Below are positions 25,913 through 36,679 of a stretch of DNA of 64,000 bases, piece after piece. Source of the stretch: an uncultured Gemmatimonadaceae bacterium. GTDB lineage: Bacteria; Gemmatimonadota; Gemmatimonadetes; Gemmatimonadales; Gemmatimonadaceae. The stretch lies in the NCBI GenBank assembly GCA_963822945.1, contig CAWGJO010000024.1, positions 64,001 to 128,000 on the forward strand, in the 5' to 3' direction. A program made the position numbers and the translations under genes. Numbering within the stretch: the first letter of the stretch is position 1; the number at the start of each line of letters is the position of its first letter. The notes under the pieces were generated by a model that had not been told where the DNA came from, searched no databases, and saw only the letters and a program-made list of their open reading frames with translations.

Positions 25913-27816
25913 TTCCAGAACTCCCAGCGAACACCGTAGATCGAGGTCTGCCGCGGCATCAGGAAGCCAGGCACCTGCATGTACTGCGCGCCAAGTGCAT
26001 TGGAGAACTGGTAGGAGATGACCGCGCGCTCGATCCGGATCTCCAGCTGGGCCCCGATGGACCGGTATCCCGGCATCCGGACCACGCTGGCGTTCGCCTC
26101 CGGAAAGTACGTGGCCGAACGATACTCGTGGGTGAGGCCGAAGAAGATGTGGAAGCTGTTGTCGGGGAACCGGTTGAGCAGCGAACTGCTCACGTAGAGT
26201 TGGGCGCGGGTCTGGTACTGCGGCCGGTACAGGCCGGTGGAATCGTCCCATCGCAGCGCATAGGCATCGGCGTGAACGGCCTTCCACAGACGTCCCTGCA
26301 CCGAGGCGAATCTGGCCGTGGCCGACCGTCCCGACGCCACCACCAGGGAATCGTCGACGAGCGTGGGTGCAACGAGCCGAGTGGCACCGCGGGTGATCAG
26401 CCCACCGTCCACCCATAGATCGTGCACCCGGAAGCCGGCTTCGAACCGGGCATATCCCGGGCTCAGTGCGCCGCCGGGAACGCGAGCGTCGCGTGAGGTA
26501 CCCATCGCCGCCGACAGCCGCAGGAAGCGGAGGGGCGCGAACACCGCGCTTGCTTCGCTTCGCGACGTGGAATCGATCCCCTTCCCTTCGGCGTAGGCCG
26601 ACACCCCCAGGCGCCACCAGTCGTAGCTGGCGCGGAGGCTTGGCACCAAGAGTCCGCGGGCCGGCCGGGGCTTCCCGGACGCGGCGCCGCTGTCGGGCGC
26701 CGGGTGGTCGAATGCGGCGAAGTACCGGGCCGTGCCGCTCAGACGAACCCCGCCTTCGGTGAGCCCGCCGGCGAGCACGTACTGGGCCCTGGATACCGCG
26801 GTGTCGCCGGGCGCTGTGGAGTCGGTGCTCGCGATCGCGCCCCCCGAGCCGCCGGAGTAGATGTATCGCGTGGTGGCGGCCGTTCCCTGAACCCAGGGTC
26901 CGCGGTCGGGATCCCCGTAGCCGATGCGCACGTAGGCGTCGCGGCGCGTCCCCTGCAGCCGCGGCACCGAGTCGCCGGTGTAGGGATCGATGATCACCCC
27001 GCGGTGCGAGCCCACCTGAAGCAGGAACGCGTCGACGCTGAACTTGCCGCGCGCCCACCCCAGGCGCCCCATGAGCGACAGCTGGTCGCTGGTTGCGCCG
27101 CCGCGGGTCGGGGCGGTGCCGTATTCCTGCACGCCGAACTGCAGCGCCTCGCCGTGCGCGAACCGTCGTCCGAAGTACCCGCGGTACAGGTTGGTCTGGT
27201 AATCGCCGGAGGTGATGTCGGTGCGCGTATACGGCGTGGTCCGGTCGACGCGCCAGGAATTGAGGTAGACGCGAATTTCGGAGGGGGAGCGCTCCACGGT
27301 CACGGCCTCGATGGGCCAGAGCGGAATCTGGGCGTAGTCCAGGGCCCCGCCGGTGTGTGGATCGAGCGAGGAATACTCCAAGCCGTCCAGGAACACCCGA
27401 ACGCGAGCCGCGTCGCCGAGGTACGTGGCGGTATTCGGGGCGGCCATCCAGCCGGTGCTGAACTGTGTCGCGCCCGGGATACGGGCCAGCAGATCGCCTA
27501 CCGTCCGGGCGCCGTAGGCGAAGATCTCCGTGCTATCCAGGTGATAGCTGCCCGACGAGTCGGCCACCGTGGGCTGCTCCGCATGCGCGAGCGGCGCCTT
27601 GATGGTGTCGCGCGGCACCGGCTTCTTGGCGGTATCGCCCGGCAACGGTACGAGGCCGCCGGTCGTGTCCCGCCTGGCCAGCGAGTCGCGCGGAGGAATC
27701 GTGTCGCGTCGCGTGACGGTGTCGCGCCCCTGGGCGAGGACCGTGCACGGCAAAACGGCCCCGACCAGGAGGCCGAGGCCGGCACACCGAAGTCCGCGTC
27801 GCCAGGAATCCGTCAG
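25909..27816 (-). CDS. Outer-membrane beta-barrel protein with TonB-receptor-like plug domain (putative porin); start uncertain
   Basis: Signal-like hydrophobic stretch ending VLA-Q, plug-like LLARIPG..VRVFLDG..IEAVTVER, amphipathic strands, C-terminal YGVRWEFWN; fusion to pepA in the ORF track is an artefact of the pepA frameshift. Confidence 0.7.
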   Translation of the reverse strand: MTDSWRRGLRCAGLGLLVGAVLPCTVLAQGRDTVTRRDTIPPRDSLARRDTTGGLVPLPGDTAKKPVPRDTIKAPLAHAEQPTVADSSGSYHLDSTEIFAYGARTVGDLLARIPGATQFSTGWMAAPNTATYLGDAARVRVFLDGLEYSSLDPHTGGALDYAQIPLWPIEAVTVERSPSEIRVYLNSWRVDRTTPYTRTDITSGDYQTNLYRGYFGRRFAHGEALQFGVQEYGTAPTRGGATSDQLSLMGRLGWARGKFSVDAFLLQVGSHRGVIIDPYTGDSVPRLQGTRRDAYVRIGYGDPDRGPWVQGTAATTRYIYSGGSGGAIASTDSTAPGDTAVSRAQYVLAGGLTEGGVRLSGTARYFAAFDHPAPDSGAASGKPRPARGLLVPSLRASYDWWRLGVSAYAEGKGIDSTSRSEASAVFAPLRFLRLSAAMGTSRDARVPGGALSPGYARFEAGFRVHDLWVDGGLITRGATRLVAPTLVDDSLVVASGRSATARFASVQGRLWKAVHADAYALRWDDSTGLYRPQYQTRAQLYVSSSLLNRFPDNSFHIFFGLTHEYRSATYFPEANASVVRMPGYRSIGAQLEIRIERAVISYQFSNALGAQYMQVPGFLMPRQTSIYGVRWEFWN

Positions 27817-29292
27817 CGCGCCCGCCCTCGTACGAGTTCCACGAAGATGCCGACCGGCACGCCCGTGGGGCCCGCCGGTATGATGCCCAGGTCGGTCTCG
27901 CTGTACGCTGTGCCGGCGACGTCGAGGTGCACCCAGGGATACGACTCGGCGAATTCTGCCAGGAAGAGCGCGGCCGTGATGGTGCCCGCCGCGCGCCCGC
28001 CCACGTTCTTGATGTCCGCCACCTCGGACTTGATGAGCGCCTTGTACTCGTCCCAGATCGGCAGACGCCATCCGCGCTGGCCCGATCGCGTCGCCGGCGT
28101 CCAGCACCTCCTGCACCAGCGCGTCGTCGCTGCCCAACACGGCGGTGGCCGTGTGCCCCAACGCGATGACGCAGGCGCCGGTGAGCGTGGCCGCGTCCAC
28201 CACCGCCGCGGGATCGTATCGACGAGCGTACGAGAGCACATCGGCCAGCACGAGGCGCCCTTCGGCGTCGGTGTTGATGACCTCGATGTACTTGCCGAGG
28301 TGGCTCTTCACCACGTCGCCCGGTTTGACCGCCGTGCCCGAAGGCATGTTGGTGGTCGACCCGACGAGCCCGACGACGTTCACCTTGAGGCCCAGACGCC
28401 CGATGGTCTCCATGGCGCCCAGCACGCCGGCGGCGCCGCACATGTCGTACTTCATCCACTCCATGCTGGCCGACGGCTTGATGGAGATGCCGCCCGAATC
28501 GAAGCACAATCCCTTGCCGACGAGCGCGACGGGCTTGGCCTTCGCCGCGCCCTTTCGGTAGTCGAGCACGATGAGCTTGGGATCCTGGGGTGTGCCCTGC
28601 GCGACGGCCAGGAACGAACCCATGCCCTCCTTCTCCATCTCGGCGCGACCCAGGACGGTGCACTGCATGCCGTGCCGCGTGGCGATGTCGCGCGCCGTGT
28701 CGGCCAGAAACTCCGGCGTGCACAGATTGCCCGGCATCATGCCCAGCGTGCGGGCCAGCGACTGCCCGGCGCCGATGGCCGTGCCCACCTCCACTCCGCG
28801 CTGGACCGCGGCGGCGTCGGTCGCGACCACCACGGCGCTGCTCACCGGTGCCCGCCGTTCGTCCTCGGGAGGCGGCGTCTTCACGTCCTCGTATCGCCAC
28901 GACCCGTCGATCAGTCCGACGGTGACCGCTTCGGCTTCCACCGCATCGAGCGATCCGGCATGAAACGCCAGCGAGCCGGTGCCGATCTTCCCGGCCTGCC
29001 GGGCCGCCAGCGTGGCCGCGCGCCGCAACGCATCGGTGCGACGCGCGACCTTGCCCATTCCGACCAGGAGCACGCGCCGGACGCCGGACGCCGAACCGCC
29101 GAGAAAGAGCAGTTCGTCGCGCCCGCCGCGGAAATCACGCGCCGCGAGGGCGCGTCCCAGCGCACCGGCCGTCGCCGCGTCGGCCCCCGCCAACTCGGCG
29201 GTGAGCCCCGCTCCCGCCGGAAGCGCGATGGCAAGGAGTGGTGTGTCCAGCTTCGCGAAATCCGGAGGTGCCACCGTGATCGGAATCGTCAT
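27813..29292 (-). CDS. pepA: Leucyl aminopeptidase M17 (frameshift near 28085)
   Basis: [34 protein letters not shown]-part [14 protein letters not shown] in ORF 27813..28241. Confidence 0.93.
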
Positions 29293-29334
29293 GAATCTCT
29301 GGGCTAGAGGGGCCGCGCGCGGCGCGCGAATCGA

Positions 29335-30584
29335 TCAGCTGTCCATTCCCTTGATGATCTGGTCGCCGAACGCCGAGGTCGAGATCTCGCGTGGCGCCGG
29401 GCATCTGGCGGGCCAGGTCGTAGGTCACGTGCTTGGACGCGATTGCGTTCTCGAGCCCCTGCACGATCAGCTTTCCGGCCTCGTCCCACCCCATGTACTC
29501 CAGCATCATGACGCCGGACAGGATCACGCTCCCCGGGTTGATCTTGTCGAGGTTGGCGTACTTGGGCGCGGTGCCGTGCGTGGCTTCGAATACCGCCACG
29601 CCATCGCCAACGTTCCCGCCCGGGGCGATCCCGAGCCCGCCCACCTGGGCGGCCGCCGCGTCGGAGAGGTAGTCACCGTTCAGGTTCGGGGTCGCGAGCA
29701 CCGAGTACTCGTTCGGACGCAGGAGCAGTTGCTGGAACATCGAATCGGCGATGCGATCCTTGATCACCACGGCATCGGCGCGGGCCGAACTCCCAGCCTT
29801 GCCCAGATCGGACTCGGCCACGCACTGGTCGCCGAAATCGGCGCGAGCCACCTCGTAGCCCCAGTCGCGGAAGGCGCCTTCGGTGAACTTCATGATGTTG
29901 CCCTTATGCACCATGGTCACCGACGGCAGGTTGTGCTTGAGCGCGTACTGGATGGCCATGCGGACCAGCCGCTTGGAGCCGAATTCCGACATCGGCTTGA
30001 TGCCGATGGCCGACTGGTCGCGGATGTTCTTGCCCAGTTCCTTGTTGATGAACTGGATGAGCTTCTCCGCCTCCGGCGAGCCGGCCTTCCATTCGATGCC
30101 CGCGTACACGTCCTCGGTGTTCTCGCGGAACACGACGATGTTGAGCAAGCCCGGCTGCTTCATCGGGCTGCCGCACGCCCTCGAAGTACCGCACCGGGCG
30201 AATGCAGGCGTACAGGTCGAGCATCTGGCGCAACGCCACGTTCAGCGAGCGGATGCCGCCGCCGATCGGCGTCGTGAGCGGTCCCTTGATGGAAACCCGG
30301 AACTCGCGCAACGCCTCGACGGTCTCCTCGGGCAGCCATTCCTTGCAGAGGGTGAAGGCCTTCTCACCCGCGAACACCTCCATCCACGAGATCTTTCGCT
30401 TGCCCTTGTAGGCCTTGGCCACGGCCGCGTCGAACACGCGCACCGAAGCGCGCCAGATGTCGGCGCCGGTGCCGTCCCCTTCGATGAACGGGACGATCGG
30501 ATGGTCGGGGACCTTCAACTCCCCGTTCTCGTACTGGATGCGGTCCCCGTGCTCGGGGACCTTCGCGTATTTATACGTCGCCAT
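29335..30584 (-). CDS. icd: Isocitrate dehydrogenase, NADP-type homodimeric (frameshifts near 30170 and 29390)
   Basis: [60 protein letters not shown]. Confidence 0.94.
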
Positions 30585-30709
30585 TGGGGGCGCCTATAGA
30601 AAACGGTGAAACCGCATGAGGATGAGCGTGGCGAAAGCTACAGAGCGGGCGGGACGCCGGGCAACCGCTCGACGGTGACATTCGTGTGATTTTCCAGGCG
30701 CGCGCGGCG

Positions 30710-31970
30710 TCAGGACCCGGTGCTCGCTCCATCGCCGAGGGCGTCGGCGGGCACCGGCACGAGCGGCGAACGCACCCGCGGTGCCTGCCAGCCGAACATC
30801 TGCTGGAGCGCGGCGCCGCACACGCGCCCCTGGCAGGCTCCCATTCCGGCACGCGTCGCCAGCTTGGCCTGACGGGCTCCCCACTCCGGCTGGAGATCGC
30901 CGCGCCGCACGTCTTCGCAGCGGCAGATCACCGTCGTCGCGTCGACGCGCTCGCTCAACTCGCGTCGGGGCGCGAACGCCGCGCTCATGCGTCGCGCGAA
31001 TGCACGGCCGGCCGCTCCACGTCGAGCGCGAGGCGCCGGAGCCACCGCCGGCCGCCACCGCACCGGCGATGGCTCCCTCGGTCAGGGCGGCGTCCTCGCC
31101 CGCGACGCCGGTGCATTCCCCGGCCGCGTACACGCCCGCCACGGACGTGCGCTGCCCGCCGTCGACCACGAGCGCGCCCCCGACGACGTCGCACCCCATC
31201 GACAACCCGACCTCCACGTTCGGGATGAGCCCGCACGCCGTCGCCAGGATGTCGCAGTCCAACGTCCACCGCCGGCGCCCGTCGGTCATCGTCACCCGTT
31301 CGAGGCGGTCGCCGCCCTCGGCTCGCTCGATCCAGGTACCAGTGCGCAGCGGCGTTCCACGGAAGGCCGAGCGGTAGGAGACAGCCGCGGCGAGCTTGGC
31401 GGGCGACCGCCAGAGCGACGCGGCGAAGGCCACCAACCGGCGCCGGTCTGCCTGTTCGCACACGGCCAGCAGCTCGGCGCCCGAGGCGGCCACGGTGGCC
31501 GCCACCGGGAAGAGGAGCGGCCCGGTGCCGGCGATCACCACGCGCTTGCCATGCACGCCGAGGCCGCTCTTGATCAGTGCCTGGAGCCCGCCCACGCCGA
31601 ACACGTTGGGAAGTGTCCAGCCGGGGAACGGCAGGAAGAGTTCGCGCGCCCCGGTGGCCAGCACGACCGCGCGGGCGCGGAGTTCGATCGGCCCCCGGGG
31701 GCCAACGAGCGACAGCACGCCCGGTTCCGCCGTCGCAACGGCGGTGTTCGGGAGATACTCGGCCCCGCACGCGCGGAATCGCGCCAGCCAGTCACGCCCA
31801 CGGTCGGGAAGTTGCGTGGACTCCTGATTGCGCCAGATCTGGCCGCCGAGGTGCGCGGACTGGTCCACGACGACAACGCTTGCCCCGGCCTGGGCGGCGT
31901 GCACGGCGGCGGCAAGCCCGGCCGGACCTGCCCCGATCACGGCCACGTCGGCTTCACGACGGTCAGCCAA
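30710..31970 (-). CDS. FAD/NAD(P)-binding oxidoreductase, D-hydroxyproline dehydrogenase alpha-type subunit (HcnB/OoxA-like; frameshift near 31030)
   Basis: IGAGPAG, ATGARELFLPFPGWTLP, YAAGE; C-terminal ICRCEDV..RAGMGACQGRVC in ORF 30710..31063. Confidence 0.82.
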
Positions 31971-32223
31971 CGTCCCGGCTCTCCGTGGTGATCGACATGC
32001 CCGGCGTGCAGGTGACCAGACAGGAGCGCTGGTGGGGCTGTCCGTCGATCGTCACGCGGCACTCGTAGCAGATGCCCATGCCGCATACCGGCCCGCGAGG
32101 CTCGCCCTGCACCGAGGTCCGGAAGCCGGAGATGCCGCAGGTGAGCAACGCCACCGCCACCGAGGTTGCCGCCGGCACGGTGTGCGGCCGCCCATCGATG
32201 GTGATCGGAATCCCGCTGCTCAC
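31963..32223 (-). CDS. 2Fe-2S protein, dehydrogenase gamma-type subunit (HcnA-like)
   Basis: ITIDG, CGMGICYECRVTIDG..RSC. Confidence 0.85.
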   Translation of the reverse strand: MSSGIPITIDGRPHTVPAATSVAVALLTCGISGFRTSVQGEPRGPVCGMGICYECRVTIDGQPHQRSCLVTCTPGMSITTESRDVG

Positions 32224-33362
32224 GCGACCTCCAAAGGCGGCATCGGCCTCTCGGGACGAAAGGGCGCGGCGTCCAATGGGGCGGCGCGGCCCACGATGCC
32301 GGCCGCGATGATCGCCGCCGTGCCGGTGGCGGTGGTGATGCCGAGCCCCTCGTGTCCGGCGGCCACCCAGAGGCCCGGCGTCTCCGGCCAGGCACCGATG
32401 AGAGGAAGCTTGTCGGGAGTCGCCGGGCGAAAGCCGGTCCATGTGCGGATGGCCAGGCAACTCGCAAGGGCCGGCACGAATTCCACGGCGCGCGCCACCA
32501 TATCCCGCACGATCGCCCGATTGATGGTGGCGTCGCGGCCCACGAGCTCACGTGACGAACCGATGAGCACCTGGCCGGTGGCGCGCGGCTGCAGGTTGAA
32601 GGCGGTGGAGGCGCCGGCCATGCTGTGCGCGCTGTGCAGATACCCGAGTTCCACCAACTGACTCCGCACGAGTCCCGGATACCGGTCGGTGATCACGAGG
32701 TGCCCCTTGCGCGGCACGACGTTGAGTCCCGGCACGAGCGCGGGGGCATCGACGCCGGTGGCGACGACCACCGCGCCGGTGCTGATCGTCTCCGGCGACC
32801 CGCCGGCCGCCAGAGTCACGGAGCCGGTGCCGATGTGCGTCACCGACGCGCCGACCCTGACGGTCGCCCCGCGTTCCACCGCGGCGTCGAGCAGCCACCG
32901 CGCGGCGTTCGGCGGGTAGAGCACGCGGTCGTCGGGCACGAACAGCGCGCCGGCGAGTCCGCGGCGCAGCCGAGGCTCCGCCCGTGCAAGCGCCGCTTCG
33001 TCCAACACGTCGGCCCGCACCCCCACGCGTTCGCACAGCGCGCGCTTCTCACGCACGGCGTTCATCTCGTCGTCGTTGGCCGCGATCCAGAGCGTGCCCG
33101 GGCGCTCGTCCTCGCAAGCGAGGGGCAGCGTCGGCGCCAGCGCCGTCCAGAGCTGGCGCGACAGCACGGTGAGCGCGAGCTGCGCCGGCGAGTCGTCCAT
33201 GACGACGATGTGGCCCATGCCGGCGGCCGTGGCTCCGGCGCCGGGAAAGTCGGACTCGCATACCAGCACCCGCAGGCGCTCGCGCGCCAGCGCGTGTGCG
33301 CACGCCGCTCCGACGATGCCCGCCCCGACGACCACCACGTCGGGACGCACGGACGGGTTCAT
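32220..33362 (-). CDS. FAD-dependent D-amino-acid-oxidase-family protein, probable D-hydroxyproline dehydrogenase catalytic subunit
   Basis: VVGAGIVG, ATAAGMGH, PRKGHL, WTGFRPATPD, GHEGLGITTA; operon context. Confidence 0.82.
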   Translation of the reverse strand: MNPSVRPDVVVVGAGIVGAACAHALARERLRVLVCESDFPGAGATAAGMGHIVVMDDSPAQLALTVLSRQLWTALAPTLPLACEDERPGTLWIAANDDEMNAVREKRALCERVGVRADVLDEAALARAEPRLRRGLAGALFVPDDRVLYPPNAARWLLDAAVERGATVRVGASVTHIGTGSVTLAAGGSPETISTGAVVVATGVDAPALVPGLNVVPRKGHLVITDRYPGLVRSQLVELGYLHSAHSMAGASTAFNLQPRATGQVLIGSSRELVGRDATINRAIVRDMVARAVEFVPALASCLAIRTWTGFRPATPDKLPLIGAWPETPGLWVAAGHEGLGITTATGTAAIIAAGIVGRAAPLDAAPFRPERPMPPLEVA

Positions 33363-34319
33363 CCGCCCTGCCAGCCGAACCGGAACGGATCGGCAGGGTC
33401 GAAGAACAGCGTGGCGCGTCCCGTGATGAACGCGCGTCCCCGAATGTGCGGCAGGAGCTGTCCGTCGATCTCCTCGAGCCAGCCGGTGAACGTGCTTCCC
33501 GTGATGCTCTCCTGCGTCCACCGTTCGCCCGCCCCGAGCGCGCCGGCGGCGTGCAGCACCGCGAGCTTGGCCGACGTGCCGGTGCCGCAGGGCGAGCGGT
33601 CGTACGCGGCGCCCGGACAGAGCACGAAGTTGCGGCTATCGGCGCCCGCCACCGTCGGGGGCCCGAACAGCTCGATATGATCGATCTCCGCCCCGTCCGC
33701 GCCCGTGATGCCCTGTTCGCCGCAGCGCGTCGCGGACCCGCATGGTCCAACGGGTGAGTTCCGGGACGTTCTCGGCGGTAAGGGGCGGCCCATCGTGGGC
33801 AACGAGGAAGAACCAGTTCCCGCCCCAGGCGACGTCGCCGCGTACGACGCCGACGTCCGGCACGTCCACGGCCACACCAGCGGCGTACCGGTAGGCGGGC
33901 ACGTTGGTGATCGTGACGGCGCCGTCGTCTTCGAGCCGGGCTCGCACCGTGCCCACGGGCGTGTCGAGATGCACCACGCCCGGCCCGATCCGCCCCAGGT
34001 GCTGCAGCGTTCTGACGACGCCGATGGTGCCGTGCCCACACATGCCCAGGTAGCCGACATCGTTGAAGAACACGACGCCGGCGGCGGAGTCCGCGGCCAC
34101 CGGCGGCGTCAGCAGGGCCCCGACGATGGCGTCGTGCCCATGCGGTTCGAGCACCACGCCGCGCCGGAGGTGGTCGGCGCGGCGGCGCATGTCGTCGCGC
34201 CGCTCGGCCATCGTGCTGCCGGCGGGGGTCGGCCATCCGCCGATGACGACGCGGGTGGGCTCGCCCTCGGTGTGTGAATCGACGACGTCGATCTCGATGA
34301 CGGGCCCCTGCGACGTCAT
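33359..34319 (-). CDS. Proline racemase family, probable 4-hydroxyproline 2-epimerase (frameshift near 33722)
   Basis: DSHTEGEPTR, LGMCGHG and DRSPCGTG catalytic Cys pair, AWGGNWF. Confidence 0.87.
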
Positions 34320-35221
34320 GCGCGTGGTTGGGGAATGGCGCCCAGCCGTTCGCGAATCAGCGCCAGGGCCGCGGCGCGCTCCTCACCGACCAGTGCGAGG
34401 CGCGGGGGACGAACCCGCTCGCTTCCCTGCCCGACCTCCTGCTGCACGAGCTTGATCAACTGCACGAACTTGGGCACCGTGTCGAGGCGCAGCAGCGGGA
34501 GGAACCAGTGGTAGAGTTCGCGGGCCTCCGCGGCGCGGCCCGCGGTGGCGAGTTCGAACACCCGCACCGATTCATCGGGGAGGGCGTTGACGAGTCCGGC
34601 AATCCAGCCGACGGCGCCCGCCGCGATGCCCTCGACGATGGCGTCGTCGAGGCCGACGAAGACATTGAACCGTTCGCCGTGGCGCTGCACGATCTCGCTC
34701 ACCCGGCGAATGTCCCCGCTCGACTCCTTGACCGCCACCAGGTTCTCATGCCGGGCCAGTTCGCCGAGCTGGGCCGGCGTGATGTCGGTGCCGTACGCGA
34801 TCGGATTGTTGTACAACATGCACGACAGCGGGGTCGCGTCGATGACGGCGCTCAGATGGGCGAGGGTCTCGCGCGCGTCGCCCCGATAGACGTAGGGCGG
34901 CAGCACCATGAGGCCGTCACACCCGATGCGCGCGGCCTCGCGCGCCAGCGCCACGGCATCGGCGGTGGAGAGCGTTCCGATGCCGGCGACGAGGGGCACG
35001 CGCCCGGCCGTCGCCTTCCGGCAGGTGGCCAGCACCTCGAGCTTTTCCGGCGCGCTGAGGGTGGCGCCCTCACCCAGGGACCCGAGCGGGACGATGCCGC
35101 GGACGCCGTGGTCGACGAGCCAGGATACGTGCTGCGCGAGAAAGGCGTGGTCCACCGTGAGATCGTCGCGGAACGGGGTCGTGATCGCGGTGAACACCCC
35201 CGCCCAGTCGTGCCGCTTCAT
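34316..35221 (-). CDS. DapA-family protein, probable Delta1-pyrroline-4-hydroxy-2-carboxylate deaminase
   Basis: GSLGE, LYNNP, VKESSGD, GWIAGLVN, FVQLIKL. Confidence 0.82.
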   Translation of the reverse strand: MKRHDWAGVFTAITTPFRDDLTVDHAFLAQHVSWLVDHGVRGIVPLGSLGEGATLSAPEKLEVLATCRKATAGRVPLVAGIGTLSTADAVALAREAARIGCDGLMVLPPYVYRGDARETLAHLSAVIDATPLSCMLYNNPIAYGTDITPAQLGELARHENLVAVKESSGDIRRVSEIVQRHGERFNVFVGLDDAIVEGIAAGAVGWIAGLVNALPDESVRVFELATAGRAAEARELYHWFLPLLRLDTVPKFVQLIKLVQQEVGQGSERVRPPRLALVGEERAAALALIRERLGAIPQPRA

Positions 35222-35230
35222 GTCGTGCCC

Positions 35231-36679
35231 TCAGGAATTGATTTGAACGGTCTTGATTTCGGTATAGAACTCGCGGGCCGCCGGCCCCTGTTCGCGACTG
35301 CCCGAGCTGGACCCGCGCATGCCGCCGAAGGGCGCGTGCGGATCGACGCCGGTGGTGTCGCCGTTGACGCGCACGAGGCCGACGTCGATGCGGCGGATGT
35401 AACGCAGCGCGCTCGGAATATCCTTGGTGAACAGCGAAGCGCTGAGCCCGTAGGCCGAGTCGTTGGCCAGCGCGAGCGCATGCTCGAGATCGTCGGCGGT
35501 CAGCCAGGCGAGCACCGGCCCGAACAGTTCCTGCTGCGCCACCGGCGCATCGGGCGAGACGCCACGGACGATGGTCGGCGCCACGAAATACCCGTGCGCA
35601 AACTGGTCGGATCCAGGCACCGGCACCGGGACGATCTGTTCCCCGCCGGCCGCCGCCAGGGCGCGATTGATCGACTGCTGCGAGCGCTCGGTGATCACCG
35701 GGCCGACCGCCGCCCGGGGATCGGTAACCGGACCGAGGGGCAGCCCGGCCACCTGCTCCCGAAGCTTGGCGAGGAAGGCGGTCTCGACCTCCCGCGCCAC
35801 GATCACTCGGCTGGTGGCCGTGCACTTCTGTCCGGCGAATCGCATGGCGCCGGCGGCGGTGAGCGAGGCGGCCTGCGCCAGGTCGGCGTCGGGCAGGACG
35901 ATGGCCACGTTCTTTCCGCCCATCTCGGTCTGATACCGGATATTCCGGCGGGACGCGGCGGCGGCGACCTGCGCGCCGACGGCAACCGACCCCGTGAAGC
36001 TGACCCCGCGCACGGCGGGCGCGTCGAGGAGAACCGGGCCGAGCGCGGCGCCGGATCCGAGCACCACGTTGAACACGCCGGGAGGAAGCCCCGCGGCATG
36101 CGCGCTCTCGGCGAGCAGGGTCGCCACGTGCGCGGATCCCTCGGCTGGCTTGAGCACGACCGTGTTGCCGAACGCCAGCGCGGGCGCTGCCTTCCAGAGC
36201 GGGATCGCGGCCGGGAAGTTCCAGGGGGTGATGAGCAGGACCACGCCGAGCGGTTCACGCAGCGAGAACTGCAGCGCGGCGGCCGTCTGCGCCGGAATGA
36301 CGTCGCCCATGTTGCGCACGGCTTCGCCGGCGTAGTAGCGGAGGATGGCCGTGCAGCGCGCCGCTTCGCCCCGCGCTTCGCCGATCGGCTTCCCCACCTC
36401 GCGGGTCATCGCCTGGGCCAGGTCTTCCTGCCGCTCCGCCATCACGGTCGCCCACTTGTACAGGTGCTCGGCACGCGCCGGGCCCGAGAGCGCGCGCCAG
36501 CCGGCCAGGGCGTGGTCGGCCGCCGTCACGGCGGCCGTGGCATCGTCGGGGGTTCCCCCGGGCACCTGGGCTACGACGTCGCGGGTGTCGGATGGATTGA
36601 GATCGGCGATCCATTCGTCGCCGGTGCCGGGCGTCCAGACGCCCCCGATGTAGTGCGAGAGTTTCAGGGTCGATGTCAT
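35231..36679 (-). CDS. Aldehyde dehydrogenase, probable 2-ketoglutarate semialdehyde dehydrogenase
   Basis: ITPWNFP, FTGS, EMGGKN, GQKCTA, ELFGP; operon context. Confidence 0.85.
   Translation of the reverse strand: MTSTLKLSHYIGGVWTPGTGDEWIADLNPSDTRDVVAQVPGGTPDDATAAVTAADHALAGWRALSGPARAEHLYKWATVMAERQEDLAQAMTREVGKPIGEARGEAARCTAILRYYAGEAVRNMGDVIPAQTAAALQFSLREPLGVVLLITPWNFPAAIPLWKAAPALAFGNTVVLKPAEGSAHVATLLAESAHAAGLPPGVFNVVLGSGAALGPVLLDAPAVRGVSFTGSVAVGAQVAAAASRRNIRYQTEMGGKNVAIVLPDADLAQAASLTAAGAMRFAGQKCTATSRVIVAREVETAFLAKLREQVAGLPLGPVTDPRAAVGPVITERSQQSINRALAAAGGEQIVPVPVPGSDQFAHGYFVAPTIVRGVSPDAPVAQQELFGPVLAWLTADDLEHALALANDSAYGLSASLFTKDIPSALRYIRRIDVGLVRVNGDTTGVDPHAPFGGMRGSSSGSREQGPAAREFYTEIKTVQINS

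Noticed and set aside
25909..29292. Apparent 1127-aa aminopeptidase-outer-membrane protein fusion
   Set aside because: The PepA C-terminus continues in another frame (27813..28241); the fusion results from one indel near 28085.
30710..33362. Hydrogen cyanide synthase (hcnABC) or opine oxidase
   Set aside because: Same families, but the adjacent epimerase, deaminase and ALDH point to D-hydroxyproline dehydrogenase.
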